This document shows, piece after piece, positions 33,097-48,364 of a DNA stretch of 64,000 nucleotides. The position numbers and the translations under genes are program-made. The notes below the pieces were generated by a model. It was not told the DNA's origin and ran no database searches. It worked only from the letters and a program-made list of their open reading frames with translations. The number at the start of each line of letters is the position of its first letter. Position 1 is the stretch's first letter. The DNA comes from Eledone cirrhosa (Eukaryota). Location of the stretch: positions 32,178,001 to 32,242,000 of the forward strand of contig OZ024745.1 in NCBI GenBank assembly GCA_964016885.1, read 5' to 3'.

Positions 33097-34017
33097 TAGA
33101 ATTGAGATGAAGGGTCTGTGGTTTTTCCTCACATCTGGTTGGTCTTTGAATGTTACTTCTGTTTTATATGGAAAAAAGTGGCTCGAAATGCCAGGTTTTT
33201 AGAGAAGTAATTTGGTTGGTTGGTGAATAAGTATAATAAATTTCGCACCAGTTCGCGTTACAAAGTTCTTCAAACAAAGGGGCCCTCGGGTTGTTTTTTC
33301 ATATATTAGTGAAGTTTGGTTGGTTGATGCAGTCACGTGAATAAGCACATCAGCTTTTGCGCCAGTCTTTTTACTTTAAAAAAAGTGGCTCACGGAGGCT
33401 TTTTTTTATAAATATAATTTGATTGGTTATAAATGAAATTATGACTGTCACGTGACCAAGTACATTAAATTTCGCACCCGTATTTGGGAATTTTTTTATA
33501 GCGATTTAGAGAATTCTGTGCCAAACAAAAAATAATTGTATCTACGTTTGGCACAAGGCCAGCAATTATCCAATGCATTACTGGTACTTTATTTTATCGA
33601 CCCCATAAGGATGAAAGGCAAAGTTAACCTCGGTGGGATTTGAACTCAGAATGGCAAGGGCCGTAACTCTATACGTCCGACCCTCTACCGATACTGCCAA
33701 ACAAAAGATAATGGTCACGAAAAAGGGATGGAGAAAGTTGTTCTGAGTATGACTGATGTGCTGAAATGTAATTTGATTGGTTATAAATGAAATTATGACT
33801 GTCACGTGAACAAGTACATTAAATTCCGCGCCCGTATTTGGGAATTTATTTTGTAGCCTTTTAGAGAATTTTGTACCAAACAAAAGATAATGGTCAAGAA
33901 AAATGGGATGGGGAGAATTGTTCTGGTTCAGTGAATATGGCTGGTGAGCTGGGGTGTCAGAATTCAGACTTTCTATTGAAATAAAGAAAGTATAGATATG
34001 TATGTTTATTTGTATGC

Positions 34018-34235
34018 TTGTGTGTGTAGGAAGATGATTCTATTAGTAGAAATGGGGGAGGGAGTTGTGTGTGTGTGTGGGAGTATGGTTAGCATGTTAA
34101 GATGGAGAGAATATATATATTTTGTCTGTGTGTGTGTGTGTAGGAAAATGATTCTATTAGTAGAAATGGGGGAGGGAGTTATGTGTGTGGGGGGGGGGTA
34201 TGGTTAGCATGTTAAGATGGAGAGAATATATATAT

Positions 34236-34270
<35 letters not shown>

Positions 34271-34345
34271 GAAAATGATTCCGTTAGTAGAAATGGGGGA
34301 GGGAGTTATGTGTGTGTGAGGTGTGTGGTTAGCATGTTAAGGTGT
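34018..34345. repeat. ~120-bp tandem repeat x3 in the PLE 3' region
   Basis: Repeated GTAGGAAAATGATTCTATTAGTAGAAATGGGGGAGGGAGTT...GGTTAGCATGTTAAG. Confidence 0.85.
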
Positions 34346-34473
34346 TAGAGTATTAATGTATGTTAAGGTTTATTTAGTTCTGGTTTTTATTTTCTAAAGT
34401 AGGTGTTATGTGTGTGTGTATGTATGTGTCTGTTTGGATGGTTAGCATGTTATGGTGTTGACATAATGTATAT

Positions 34474-35030
34474 TAAACTATATTTAATGCTGGTCTATAT
34501 TTTTGAATAAACATATTTTCCTTATTTATTCGTATTTGTTCTGTTGTATTGTCAGCGCAAAGATAAAATGGGAAGACTTGGAATTTGGGTGTCTTATTAC
34601 TTGCGCATGTCTAGATGTGCACTTAGTGGTATCTGTCTCGTGGTTGGATTTCATAATTGTTGGCGATGAACTGTCATTCTGTTTCTGAGTGTGAGTTTAG
34701 TTTGTCCTATATAATCTTCATTGCATCCTTTACATTTAATGGCATAAAGTAGATTTTTTGATGAGCAAGTGAAGTGATTTTTTACAGCAAAATTTTGTCC
34801 TGATTGAAATGTATGTGTTGCTTTCAATGAGGTGAGTGCAGGTTCCACAATTAGCGCGACCACATTTTTTGACAGTTGGTTGTGGGTTTGTGGTAGGTAA
34901 TTTGGCATTGGTGAATAATGTTTTTAGTGATTTCGGTTGTCTTTTGCTTTTGATTATTTTGTGTGTTTCAAGGGCTTTTGGGTCTTGTTTTAATAGTGGG
35001 ATGTTCTTGTGAATAGTGTTGTAAGCTTCT
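34474..35030 (-). pseudogene. Penelope GIY-YIG endonuclease C-terminus, frameshifted
   Basis: CGRANCGTCTHL linker; FTCSSKNLLYAIKCKGCNEDYIGQTKLTLRNRMTVH; terminal KENMFIQKYRPALNIV*. Confidence 0.88.
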
Positions 35031-35393
35031 GCATTGACCATTATCTTTTGTTTGGCACAAAATTCTCTAAAAGGCTACAAAATAAATTCCCAAATACGGG
35101 CGCAAAATTTAATGTACTTGTTCACGTGACAGTCATAATTTCATTTATAACCAATCAAATTACATTTATAAAAAAAGCCTTTGTGAGCCACTTTTTTTTT
35201 AAGTAAAAAGAAATTCAAACACAAACTGGCGCGAACGCTGTTGTGCTTATTCACGTGACTGCATCAACCAACCAAACTTCACTAATATATGAAAAAACAA
35301 CCCGAGAGCGCCCCCCCCCCCCTTTGTTTGAAGAACTTTGTAACACGAACTGGCATATGTGAGAAAAACCACAGACCCTCCATCTCAATTCTA

Positions 35394-35429
35394 CTTTTGG
35401 AAAGCAGAAGAACTGCGAAACTGGTAAAG
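35394..35429 (+). ncRNA. Inverted, mutated copy of the U3-A8 hammerhead
   Basis: CUU-UUGGAAA-GCAG(AAGAA)CUGC-GAAA-CUGG-UA^AAG; the A6G change is probably inactivating. Confidence 0.55.
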
Positions 35430-36084
35430 GAACCAAATAAATATATATTTTTAAAAAAAAGACTAGTTGCATTTTCGATTTCATCTTTTTTCCTTATATA
35501 TATATATATATATAAGATCATCATTTTACATGTTTTCATTGCTTGTGTGTATATACATATAATACATATATACATACACAAAAATATCTAGATTATATTA
35601 TATATACACACATATATATATGCATACACATATATACACACATGCACACACTCATATATATATGTATATAATCATCATTTAACATCCGTTTTCCCTGCTA
35701 GCAACCACAAAATTATGACCTCTCACTTACATACAAACTTACACAAACACATACACAATGTACCCACTGACACATACACACACACGCACACACACACACA
35801 CACACAAGAGTAGGTATTACAAAACCTATATTTACCATTTGTAAATGCTGAGCATTTCTTTTATACTGCAATTAGAGCAGTCAGTGGGAAAAGTAATTAA
35901 TAAAATTACTCTCAGTTGATAATTGTTTCACTACACAACCTAAATTACTGTAAAAGTCATGAAGAGGCTAATATTTAATCTAGTACATAATGCCAGCTTG
36001 ATAGCTGTTTGTTAAAAATAAAAATACTAAAAAAAAAATCCACAAAACAAAAGTAAAAGTAAGCCAATATAAATGTTATGCTAG

Positions 36085-36343
36085 AAAGAAGATATCTAGA
36101 TGGAGATGAAAGTATATTAGATTCTATATCGAATAATGTTACTGCAAAGACTCTTCGGAGGAAACCCATTTTGAACGTTTTTATTTGCAATAAGTATTTT
36201 TTCAGACATTACTCAAGATTCATGACCAAAGGTAGGGGTTGGTGTAAATACTGACTTGAAGATAGCAAGTTTGGCTTTTACACCTACCCCCCTTCTTCTG
36301 AAGACTGAATGCTGAAGCTGGCACATTACTGTATATAAATATA

Positions 36344-36397
<54 letters not shown>

Positions 36398-36920
36398 ATA
36401 CCATGAGGTCCACAAATTCCAGCTGACTGATTATACACCTGCCAGTCTTGACACCTATTGGACTGTGTATGTCAATCCTGTCCATGGAGATTACAAGTAG
36501 AAGGGGTGGCAGTATGCACCCTCGGAGAGTCCAACACTCATATTGAATGGTTTTGATTTAGCACTATTTATAGGAATACAAATATTGGGCATTCATATAG
36601 AGACATCAGGGCAACAAAAACCTGTCCATCGAAACCATACTCCTGCAGAACCTTTTATAACAGGTCCTGTGGAATACAATCATATGCCTTTTCAAGGTCC
36701 ACAAAACAAGCAAACACCTCTTGGTAATACTTCATGATTTATCAGTCTTGCAGCAGTGTAAATATTTGGTCGGCTGTGATGTGTTAGCTAGCTTGGATTT
36801 GACAATATCCTTACATCATTGTCAGACACTTAGTATAAACTTTACTGGAGAGGCTTAACAAGAAGATCCTTCTACAATTGATATTAGCAGGATTTGCTTA
36901 TCAAGGAATGCATTGTCCAA
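36085..36920 (-). mobile_element. Old RTE RT fragments with internal deletions, split by (TA)n
   Basis: ACFVDLEKAYD near 36680-36712; KAKLAIFKSVFTPTPTFGHES; MGFLRRVFAVTLFD. Confidence 0.7.
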
Positions 36921-37650
36921 TGTGTCCTGATTTTCTTTTTAAGAACTACTTGATTTGAAGGAGATTTGGCTACTATTTCTAGGTTTAAAGTGCCCAAGAA
37001 ATACTGTATGTCATGACAGCATTCCTATGACTCTAGCAGAAGTTGCAGGTCCATACATACAATTATAAAAGAATTGTTCAACCTAAAACAATATCTCCAC
37101 TAGAATTCCCAAATTTCTCCCAGGTTAAGAATTGTGGAGTTGGGGGCTCCCTCCTTGACTAAATTGCAGTAGGTTAGTTAATATGCATATTTGGTATTGA
37201 ACAAAGTGGCAAATAACAGAGTAGAAATAAACTTCAGGCCATCTGGATCTCAACATGTTTTCAGTTGAAGTCATTTAACTTCACTTCACCTTACATCGAT
37301 AATAATGTATTGGAAAATAACACCTCATCTCCCCCTCTTCAATGTAATGCCTCTTTCAACAAACATAAGAATGTAATATGGTATTTTGAATGCAAGTATA
37401 ATAGAATATGGAATATGGAATATTTGTTACTGAAAAGAATTTTGGTGAATCAATAACAACATTCTTCACTGTGATTATGTTATGCATATGAAATAGGGAA
37501 AAAAATATCTAAGGTAATTTGACATCTAGTACATTAAAGCAGTGTGGTGTTATACAAAAGACACATGGTATGTCTTGTAGGAATATTGATCAATGCGCCA
37601 AAGAAATAATTTGCAAGAAATTACAAATGAGTTTGGTTTATCTTTTCTTT

Positions 37651-37697
<47 letters not shown>

Positions 37698-38408
37698 ATT
37701 AGGTAGTCTAATTAGTACCAAACAATAGTGCAGATTCTACATAAGATTGTGATAAGTAAGCAGAAAGATTTAGAAAGCCTCTGGTTATCATCAATGGAGA
37801 ATGGTTTTCTGCATAAAAAAGGGGTTTTTTTCTTTCTTTTTTTTTTATTTATGTAGGACAAATTAAAATATACCAGAAACTGGGGCAGCTGCCTGTTGTA
37901 AAGGCTTAGGGCCATCTTGGAAAGTTGCTTTAAATGATTTTATATGCATTTTAATTATTGTTAGTTTTTTTTTTTTGTTATTGTCCTTTTTTTTATATCT
38001 TATAGTTTTGTTTGGGTTTATTTATTCATTTATTTATTTATTTATTTATTGTCTTATATGCCTTATTCTGCAAATAGACATACTTGTACTTCTTTTAATT
38101 GAACTTTCTACCAGAAAAAGATGGAGAAAGGAAGAAGACAGAAGAAGAAGACAGAAGACAAGAAGAAGAATGTGATGTGTTTGTATCTGAGTGTATATAA
38201 GAAGAAGACTGGGTAATTGTTACTAAAATATGATAATAATATTTTGTGTATTTGCTACAAATAGGAGTAGACAAGAACAGATTACAAAAAGATGGGATTT
38301 TAGATTGAACATGATAGGAAGACAATAAATGGACATACACAAGCAAATGAATGATAACGTGTTATAAAAAAAATATGTGTGTGTGGTCTTCACTCAGTAG
38401 ACACTTCA

Positions 38409-39400
38409 TATCATCATCATCATCATCATCGTTTAATGTCTATCTTCCACGCTAGCATGGGTTTGGACGGGAGTTTTCCCACTTGAGGCAAGAGTGGTTG
38501 TCTTGCTCGCATAGGACTGTCTGGCGGGTTTTCTACGGCTGGATGCCCTTCCTAACACCAACCACATTTACAGTGTGGAACTGGGAGGTTTATACCATGT
38601 TGCCTACACGGCCACATTACAGTGTGGACTGTGTGTTTTTTTGTCGTGGCACCTACACGACCTCATTTGTTTCGGCCTGGATGTTGTGGTACCAACATAA
38701 CTTTACATTGAAAGGGGCGGTGTGGATGGGGTGGGGGTAGTGGGACGGGGTGTATTTTGTTAGAGGTGCCTACTGACTGTAGTAGGTTTTACTTTGTATT
38801 TAGGTAAGGCGGGTCTTCTCTATTACTGAGTACCGACAAAGATCTCGGTCCAGTGACATTGTCTTGGAGAGGTGTAAGTGTGTTTTTACCGTGTTATCTA
38901 CACGGCCACATTACAGCGTGGACTGTGTGTTTTTTGTTGTGACACCGACACGACCTCATTTATTAGGACTGGATATTGTGGCACTAACATAACTTAAGGT
39001 GTAGATGGGGGTGGGGGTATATTTTTAGTTAGGAGGTGCCTACTGACTATAGGTTTCGCTTTGTACTTAGGCAAGGCGGGTCTTCTTTATTACTGCGTAG
39101 CGCCAAAGATCTCAGTCCAGTGAAATTGGAGATGTGTAAGTGTGTGAGGTCGGAATTTATCAAATCGTCTATTTTAATCGCCCTGCACTTTTTTTATACA
39201 GCTCTCATCTTTCATGCGCATCATGTGACCATACCAACATAGTCTTCTCTCGAGTAAACAGCATCTGATCCCTCTTAATCCTAATTTCTCACTTAGTTCA
39301 TTTATGCTTTGCCGTTCACGTATATTACTATTACACATCCAACGGAGCATATCCTCTGCGCACAATGCCCATGTCTAACTGCCATGTAACATTGCTGTTC
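38409..39400 (-). mobile_element. RTE 3' end (family of 18545-20266) with a tandem partial duplication of the 3' UTR
   Basis: [19 protein letters not shown]... and 3' UTR matches; segment 38610-38880 recurs at 38885-39145; (CAT)n tail at 38410-38430. Confidence 0.88.
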
Positions 39401-39430
39401 GTATATATATATATATATATATATGTATAT

Positions 39431-39770
39431 CATCATTCATCATTTCATTTTACGTCCGCTTTTTCCCTGCTTGCAAGGGTGGGACGGGAACTGATTCTGG
39501 CTTGATTTCTACAGCTGGATGCCCTTCCTAACGCCAACCTCATTTACAGTGAGTGCTGGGTGCTTTTTTGCCGTGGCACCTCCACGACCACTTTGCAGTG
39601 GAAGGATATGGACCTCAGTCCCTATCATCTCATTTCTACAGCTGAGTAAACTGGAGCAATGTGAAATAAAGTGTCTTGCTCAAGGAAACAATACATGACC
39701 CGGTCTGAGAATTGAACTCACAAACTTTTGATTGCAAGGCCAATGCTCTAACCACTAAGCCATGTGCCTC
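39431..39770 (-). mobile_element. Full-length tRNA/CORE-type SINE with RTE tail
   Basis: A box TGGCTTAGTGG, B box GAGTTCAATTC, MIR-core-like CCTTGAGCAAGACACTTTATTTCACATTGCTCCAGTTTACTCAGCTGTAGAAATG, RTE-like tail. Confidence 0.9.
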
Positions 39771-42367
<2,597 letters not shown>

Positions 42368-42681
42368 GGAGGCACATGGCTTAGTGGTTAGAGCATTGGC
42401 CTTGCAATTCTCAGACTGGGTGATGTGTTGTTTCCTTGAGCAAGACACTTTATTTCACATTGCTCCAGTTTACTCAGCTGTAGAAATGAGATGATAGGGA
42501 CTGGGGTCCATATCATTCCACTGTAAAGTGGTCGTGGAGGTGCCACGGCATAAAAGCACCCAGCACTCACTGTAAATGAGGTTGGTGTTAGGAAGGGCAT
42601 CCAGCTGTAGAAATTAAGCCAGAATCAGTTCTCGTCCCACCCTTACAAGCAGGGAAAAGCGGGCGTAAAATGAAATGATGA
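42368..42681 (+). mobile_element. CORE-type SINE with the B box deleted between two CAAT words
   Basis: Same family as 39431-39770, opposite orientation. Confidence 0.9.
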
Positions 42682-42748
42682 TACATATATATATATATAT
42701 ATATAATATATACATATATACATACATATACATATATACATATATACA

Positions 42749-42779
<31 letters not shown>

Positions 42780-42786
42780 ATAAGGG

Positions 42787-42982
42787 AAGGTCGGCTGAAA
42801 AGTTCATAGGCTGACTATTAAAGATTGATGCTAGAGCTGTGAAATTTTGCATGCATTTCTTTCAACTCTTCTTATTAATAACTGCACTATTTCTTTCCAG
42901 CGACTATGTTGAAAAATAAATATCATTTGATCATTCCATGAGAGTATCTTGGTCAGCCTGTGAATTTTTCAGGGGATCTTTG
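42787..42982. mobile_element. Mariner-type MITE
   Basis: Homologous to 27515-27701. Confidence 0.75.
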
Positions 42983-43231
42983 TATATATGTGTGTGTGTG
43001 ATTTTCGTATATATATATATATATCTCGTCAGATATACTAGGGCTCACATAGTTCCCCAAAATAATTTACAGAGCACATCCTACATCAGAAAGTTTCAAC
43101 TCAATAGAATATGTCAAACAGTTCGCTTTATGCACAACACATATCCTAAACATAACATAATATATATTCTTACATAACTTGAGATACATCCCACAAATTA
43201 CCTTCCACTCAGTTGCCACCTAAGAATGATT

Positions 43232-43625
43232 CCAAGGCCAGCAATATGTGGGAAGGGGAAAGTCGATTAAATCAACCAAAGAATGGTGTATTATTTTATT
43301 TTATCAATCCCAGAAGGATGAAAAGCAAAGTTGACCTCAGCTCGATTTGAACCCAGTATGTAAAGAGGTGGTATTTTGCCCGATGTTCTAATGCTTCTGC
43401 CAATCCATCCACCCAGTAATTTTTTCTACATTTGATCAGCAATTTAAAGGGAAGGGTGAAAATTGATTAAATCGATCCCAGTATGTTACTGGTACTTTAT
43501 TTTATCGACCACATAAGGATGAAAAGGAATGCTAATCTTGGTGGGATTTCAACTCAAAACATAAAAGGCCATAACTATATGTTGCAAACTATGTTATCTG
43601 ATGCTCTAGCGATTCTGCCATTTCA
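43232..43625 (-). mobile_element. Two tandem Nin-type SINEs
   Basis: AAGGATGAAA.G.AA.GTTGACCT and GATTTGAAC motifs occur twice. Confidence 0.7.
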
Positions 43626-43688
43626 CCACTCTCCATCCATCCAACCACCCAATAATAAAACACAAAACATACAGACCATACTCTAAGC

Positions 43689-44011
43689 CAGGGGTCCCCA
43701 ACCTTTTGGGTCCGCGGGCCAGATAGCCATGCAGCGGTGGCTCTGCGGGCCGGATCCACAATTAATACTTATATACAAATAAGTAATCATTTATTTATCC
43801 CTTATGTTAGATTTGAAACAAAATTCAATATTGATACTTAGAGCTGTCCCAAGCAGAAAAATACATTTAAACCTTGTTTTATTCGGCAATATCGATAGAT
43901 CGGGTGCGAATTTATTGCAAACTGTACCCTTTTTATAACCCTCGCAGGCAGGATAAAGGCCTTTGCGGGCCAGATTGAAACCCTTTTCGGGCCGGGGGTT
44001 GGGGACCCCTG
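43689..44011. mobile_element. Non-autonomous hAT (Charlie-like) element, young
   Basis: Perfect 15-bp TIR CAGGGGTCCCCAACC and a perfect 8-bp target duplication CTCTAAGC (43681-43688 and 44012-44019). Confidence 0.95.
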
Positions 44012-44204
44012 CTCTAAGCAATCACAGTCCAATATTAAAATGCTAGTCTATCCAACCAACTTCCAAACAGCTTCTATCTAGTTTCACACACAGGGCATGG
44101 GTTGAGCAGGGGCTAAGGTAAATAACACATACTCAAAATACCATATGGTGAGATTGAACTTAGGACCTAATGAATACTGCATCAACACTGATAAGAATAA
44201 TAGT

Positions 44205-44378
44205 TTCTATGTTAGGTGGATGGAAGAAAAATGTTGATTATATTAGTCCCAATACTTGACTGGTACTTTATTTTATTGACCCTAGAAAGATAAAAGGCAA
44301 AGTTGACCTTAGTGAGATTTGAATCCAGATTGTAAAGAGCCAGAACTAATACTGCAAAGCATACTAATGATGGTGATG

Positions 44379-44411
<33 letters not shown>

Positions 44412-46550
44412 TTAATAACAACTCTGTATGGAAAACTGAAAGTTTCCTCATGCAAAATACAAAATAATTTGTATATAAAGACAATCATCAACAAATTCTG
44501 AAAGAAAACTAGCAAACATATTGTCAGCGTAATACATTGTCAGCCACATACAGCTGTGCTGATATAATTAGATTTCTCCTGAACTATAAATTAAACCACT
44601 TCTTTGTACCTCCTGATTTCATAAATGTACTCAAAAAGACCTCCTGGCTATTTCATATTATTATTTTCATTTGTTTATTTTAAGAGCCTTTCTTCATATC
44701 TCTGAAAGTACTTCAACTTTCTCTGTGTACATTCATAACTAAAGAGGGTTCATCGAAGCAGCAAATAGCATTAATTGGCTGATCTTTAACAATTTCTCAC
44801 ATGTCCACAAGCAGCAAAATTTTTCTTCCTTTTCTTCTGTTTCTCTCTTATGTGCCTATCTTAGAAAATTTTTATTAATATTACTATTATGTAATATTGT
44901 CGATTGACAGAAGCAGTAGAGTGTCAGACAAAATGCTTTGCAGTATTTGTTCCGGTTCTTTATGTTCTGAGTTCAAATCTCACCAAGGTCAACTTTGCCT
45001 TTCATCCTTCAGGGGTCAATGAAATAAAGTGCCAGTCAAGTACTGGGGTCATTATAATCAATTCTCTTCTCCCCTGAAAATTGATAGCCTTTTACCTAAA
45101 TTAGAAACCATTATTATTATTGTTGTTTTTTTTTAGCTGAGAAGACATGTTTTTGTGAGCTCTGTGTGTATAAGAAAAGCATTAGATTTCTTTATGAATT
45201 GGATGTCTTTTTTCTGCAAGATATCGTATGGACTTATTATTACATAAAAAGTGTGGAGTCTGTCTTTAAACTTCTTTTTCTCCCTGTTTAGAAGGGGAAA
45301 AGGGACATTTTATAACATTTTTTTGTTCAATTTGATTTATTTAGTCATGTTTCAAAGTGGTTTCTTGTATTGGAGTAGTTGGAAGAGATGCTTTCTACAC
45401 TGGCAATAGCCCTAACATAAATATATCTCAGAGGCTTAAAAAATACATTGTGAAATAGGTATTAGTACAGATTTAGAAAGGAAAAAGCAGAACAAAGGAA
45501 AGCTAACAACACTGGACACAGAGAAATAATAATTGTTTCTACTTTTTGGCACAAGGCCAACAATTACCCAGTGCATTACTGGTACTTTATTTCATCGACC
45601 CCGTGAGGATGAAAGGCAAAGTTAACCTCGGCGGGATTTGAACTCAGAATGGCAAGGACCGTAACTCTATGTGTCAAAGCAGGGCGTCCGACCCTCTACC
45701 GATACTGCCAATCCACCGCCACACAGAGAAATAATAATGACTGTGTGATAGAAAATTCTGACAGTATTGATTTATACAGCTGCAGCAAAAAGGCAAGCAA
45801 CAACTCTCTTTTCACATGTATATGAGAGCATCTAAGTGAACATTCCAACTATCAGAAACAATAGCCAAATCTCCCTCAAACCACACTTCATATTTTAAAA
45901 AACAAAAACTGAAGAACCTATTAGAAAAATATACAGTTAACCTACCACCTGGACCTTAAGGGGTTTTACCAGAGCTTACTCTATAATAGGCATTCTGACT
46001 ATGTATCCAGTCTGAGAATGTTTTCCGTCATCTCCCACCTCATCCAGTCTTGGAGGACCAGAAAAGGGTCCTAAGTACTGGCCTTCATCTTTAACTAAGC
46101 GATTCAAAAAAATAATGAATAGTATAGTATATCTAAATTGGGATGATGTTCACGTCTGGAATAACATTGTTGAACATAGATCTGTTCAATCATGGCTGAC
46201 CTGGAGCTAAACAACAGCAACATCTGAATCTGTATGCATGCCCAGGCCCTTAAATCCTGATTGAGTTGTAGGGACACCTTAATGATATACAGTGTATGTT
46301 CAACATTTAAACCTAGTAGAGTTCATTTCTCTCTTGGTCTGAACACAACTGATTTCTTCCAGAGAAAGAAAGATAATGAGAAAAAGGTATAGAGGAATAA
46401 TTGACACCAGTATTGGATTGGTACTTTATTTATGAAAAGGATGAAAGGTATAGTTGTATGACGAGGGATTTGAACTCAGTGTGCAGAGAACCAGAATGAA
46501 TAATATAAAGAATTCTATCTGGTGTGTTAATGACTCTGTGAACTGGCTGT
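44205..46550. mobile_element. Cluster of Nin-type SINEs (~44210-44360 minus, 44905-45112 plus, 45535-45720 minus, 46395-46550 minus)
   Basis: Each contains the GCCTTTCATCC/GGATGAAAGG domain and B-box remnants. Confidence 0.75.
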
Positions 46551-47546
46551 CTCTCTTGTATCTAAAGTTGTATTTATTTTTTGTTTAACTTCTCTTTTCT
46601 TATTGTTTGTTTGCTAACATTTATGAAACATATACTCTCTCAAGAATTCTTTTTAATTTCCATTAAAATTCAGCAGACAAAAAATTAACTGTGACATTTC
46701 CATAAGCTAATAATATTTTTTTTCTCTTAGTTTCTATTTTCTTAAATTTTTTTCTTAAATTATTTAAGCCAATTGTGGTGGGCGAGGGCTGAAAAAATAT
46801 AATGAAAACAAAGGGAAAGCTAAAGGTTAAATGATTCTCCACACAAGACAAGAAGGTTATAACCTCAAAAGTAGTTTTTTGGTAACATTTTTTGTGACAT
46901 TTTTCTTTTATATTATTTTATTATTTTACTGCTTTCAGTCATTTGACTGTGGCCATGCTGGGACTAAATGTTTCATATTTTTTTAAATTTTGTAAAGTAA
47001 TGGTGAAAATACAAGAAAATATCTTAGAAAAAGAAATAAAATATAACTACAGAAGATCAAATCTGTTTATATAGCATTGGAATAATCTGATAGTTATTTA
47101 TTTTGTAAAATATATATTTATATATTTATTTATTCTATTTATTTATTCAGTCCTTTATTACTTCAAGAATTAAATGTACAAAGAAAAGAAGTGAGTACAT
47201 TTAGCTAGAAATTACATAAAAGAGATAAAAAAATAAAGTGACTGGTACAAGCCGGGTTAAAAATTATTTCTTCAATATTAAAGTTGAGAACAGATCCAAG
47301 GAGGAATAGTGTTTTGATGTAGCATGGTTAGAAGAGTGTCAAACAAGCATTAAAGATCATATATTTAACTTCACACAATTATCACATACATGAATACTAG
47401 ATCATTCAAACTGATAGAAATTGTAGCCACCCAAAATCTCAGTCAAACTGAAATATTAAAGGACACGTTGGATAATGTAGTCCTGGGTTCTCAACGCATA
47501 AAAAAAGATTAGATAGCCATGGTGTATATATATATATATATATATA

Positions 47547-47668
47547 TAGGAAAATGTTCAAGACCTCGACGGCAGAGCTCAAGCCGTTTCAACGGCTATT
47601 TCTGGACGTCCAGGAATAGCCGTCCAAACGGCTTGAGCTCTGTCGTCGGGGTCTTGAACATTTTCCTA
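47547..47668. repeat. 122-bp loopless palindrome within an insert flanked by (TA)n
   Basis: 61-bp arms centred on GAC|GTC, with 5 differences. Confidence 0.95.
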
Positions 47669-47885
47669 TTGCCCACTCTACTACCCTAAGTATTGAGTAC
47701 TCTGGTGCGTTATGGTCCACCTGGTTCCTTACCACACTTCCTTCGTTTATATATATATATATATATATATAAAGAATTAGTATATCTAGTAACATATATA
47801 TACACAGATGCATACTTATGCTAGCAAATATATAGGTTTTGTCTTAGTAACTTTGTGGTTGATTGCATGGGGTTTCAGAACAATA

Positions 47886-48005
47886 ATATGAGAGACGTAA
47901 AATAAGAAAATTATAAAATTAACTTACTTACTAAAATTTCACTCCCAATTAGTTGGGAGTGAAATTTTAGTAAGTAAGTTAATTTTATAATTTTCTTATT
48001 TTACA

Positions 48006-48015
<10 letters not shown>
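47886..48015. repeat. 130-bp AT-rich palindrome abutting (TA)n
   Basis: Arms centred on CCCAA-TTAG-TTGGG, with one arm mismatch. Confidence 0.95.
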
Positions 48016-48045
<30 letters not shown>

Positions 48046-48309
48046 CAGTAATGGTTGCATTCTTTAAGGGTATGTCAATATTTATTTATAAAACTGATCT
48101 ATATTATATTTTATCTGATGAAAGCACACCATAATTTAACTTGGTGTCCTTGAAATATGTATAATGAAATAAATATGGTTTTATAAATATAGTTTCTATT
48201 TGCTAATATCGTATTTTTACTCCAAATATTTGTTGAGTGCTTTATATCAGTTATAAAAATATTTGCTTGTTGTATCCCAACAATTTAAATAGAACTCTTA
48301 CATATATAC

Positions 48310-48356
<47 letters not shown>

Positions 48357-48364
48357 CACACATA

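Larger units (their letters stand above)
32930..35497 (-). mobile_element. 5'-truncated Penelope-like element: 3' terminal repeat, GIY-YIG remnant and inverted terminal repeat (35035-35497)
   Basis: 35035-35497 is an inverted copy of parts of 32992-33897. Hammerhead motifs in both repeats, (TA)n at both ends, and a Nin-SINE inserted at ~33545-33698. Confidence 0.88.

Noticed and set aside
35845-35874. Possible 30-nt minus-strand exon (TTGCAG...GTAAAT); similar candidates near 7885-7908, 23055-23073 and 27196
   Set aside because: The phase does not continue the candidate gene without a stop, or the donor is weak; no independent support.
39700-39770. tRNA gene-like A/B boxes (also 9246, 42368, 48365)
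   Set aside because: These are SINE heads continuing into CORE and LINE-derived tails, with no complete cloverleaf.
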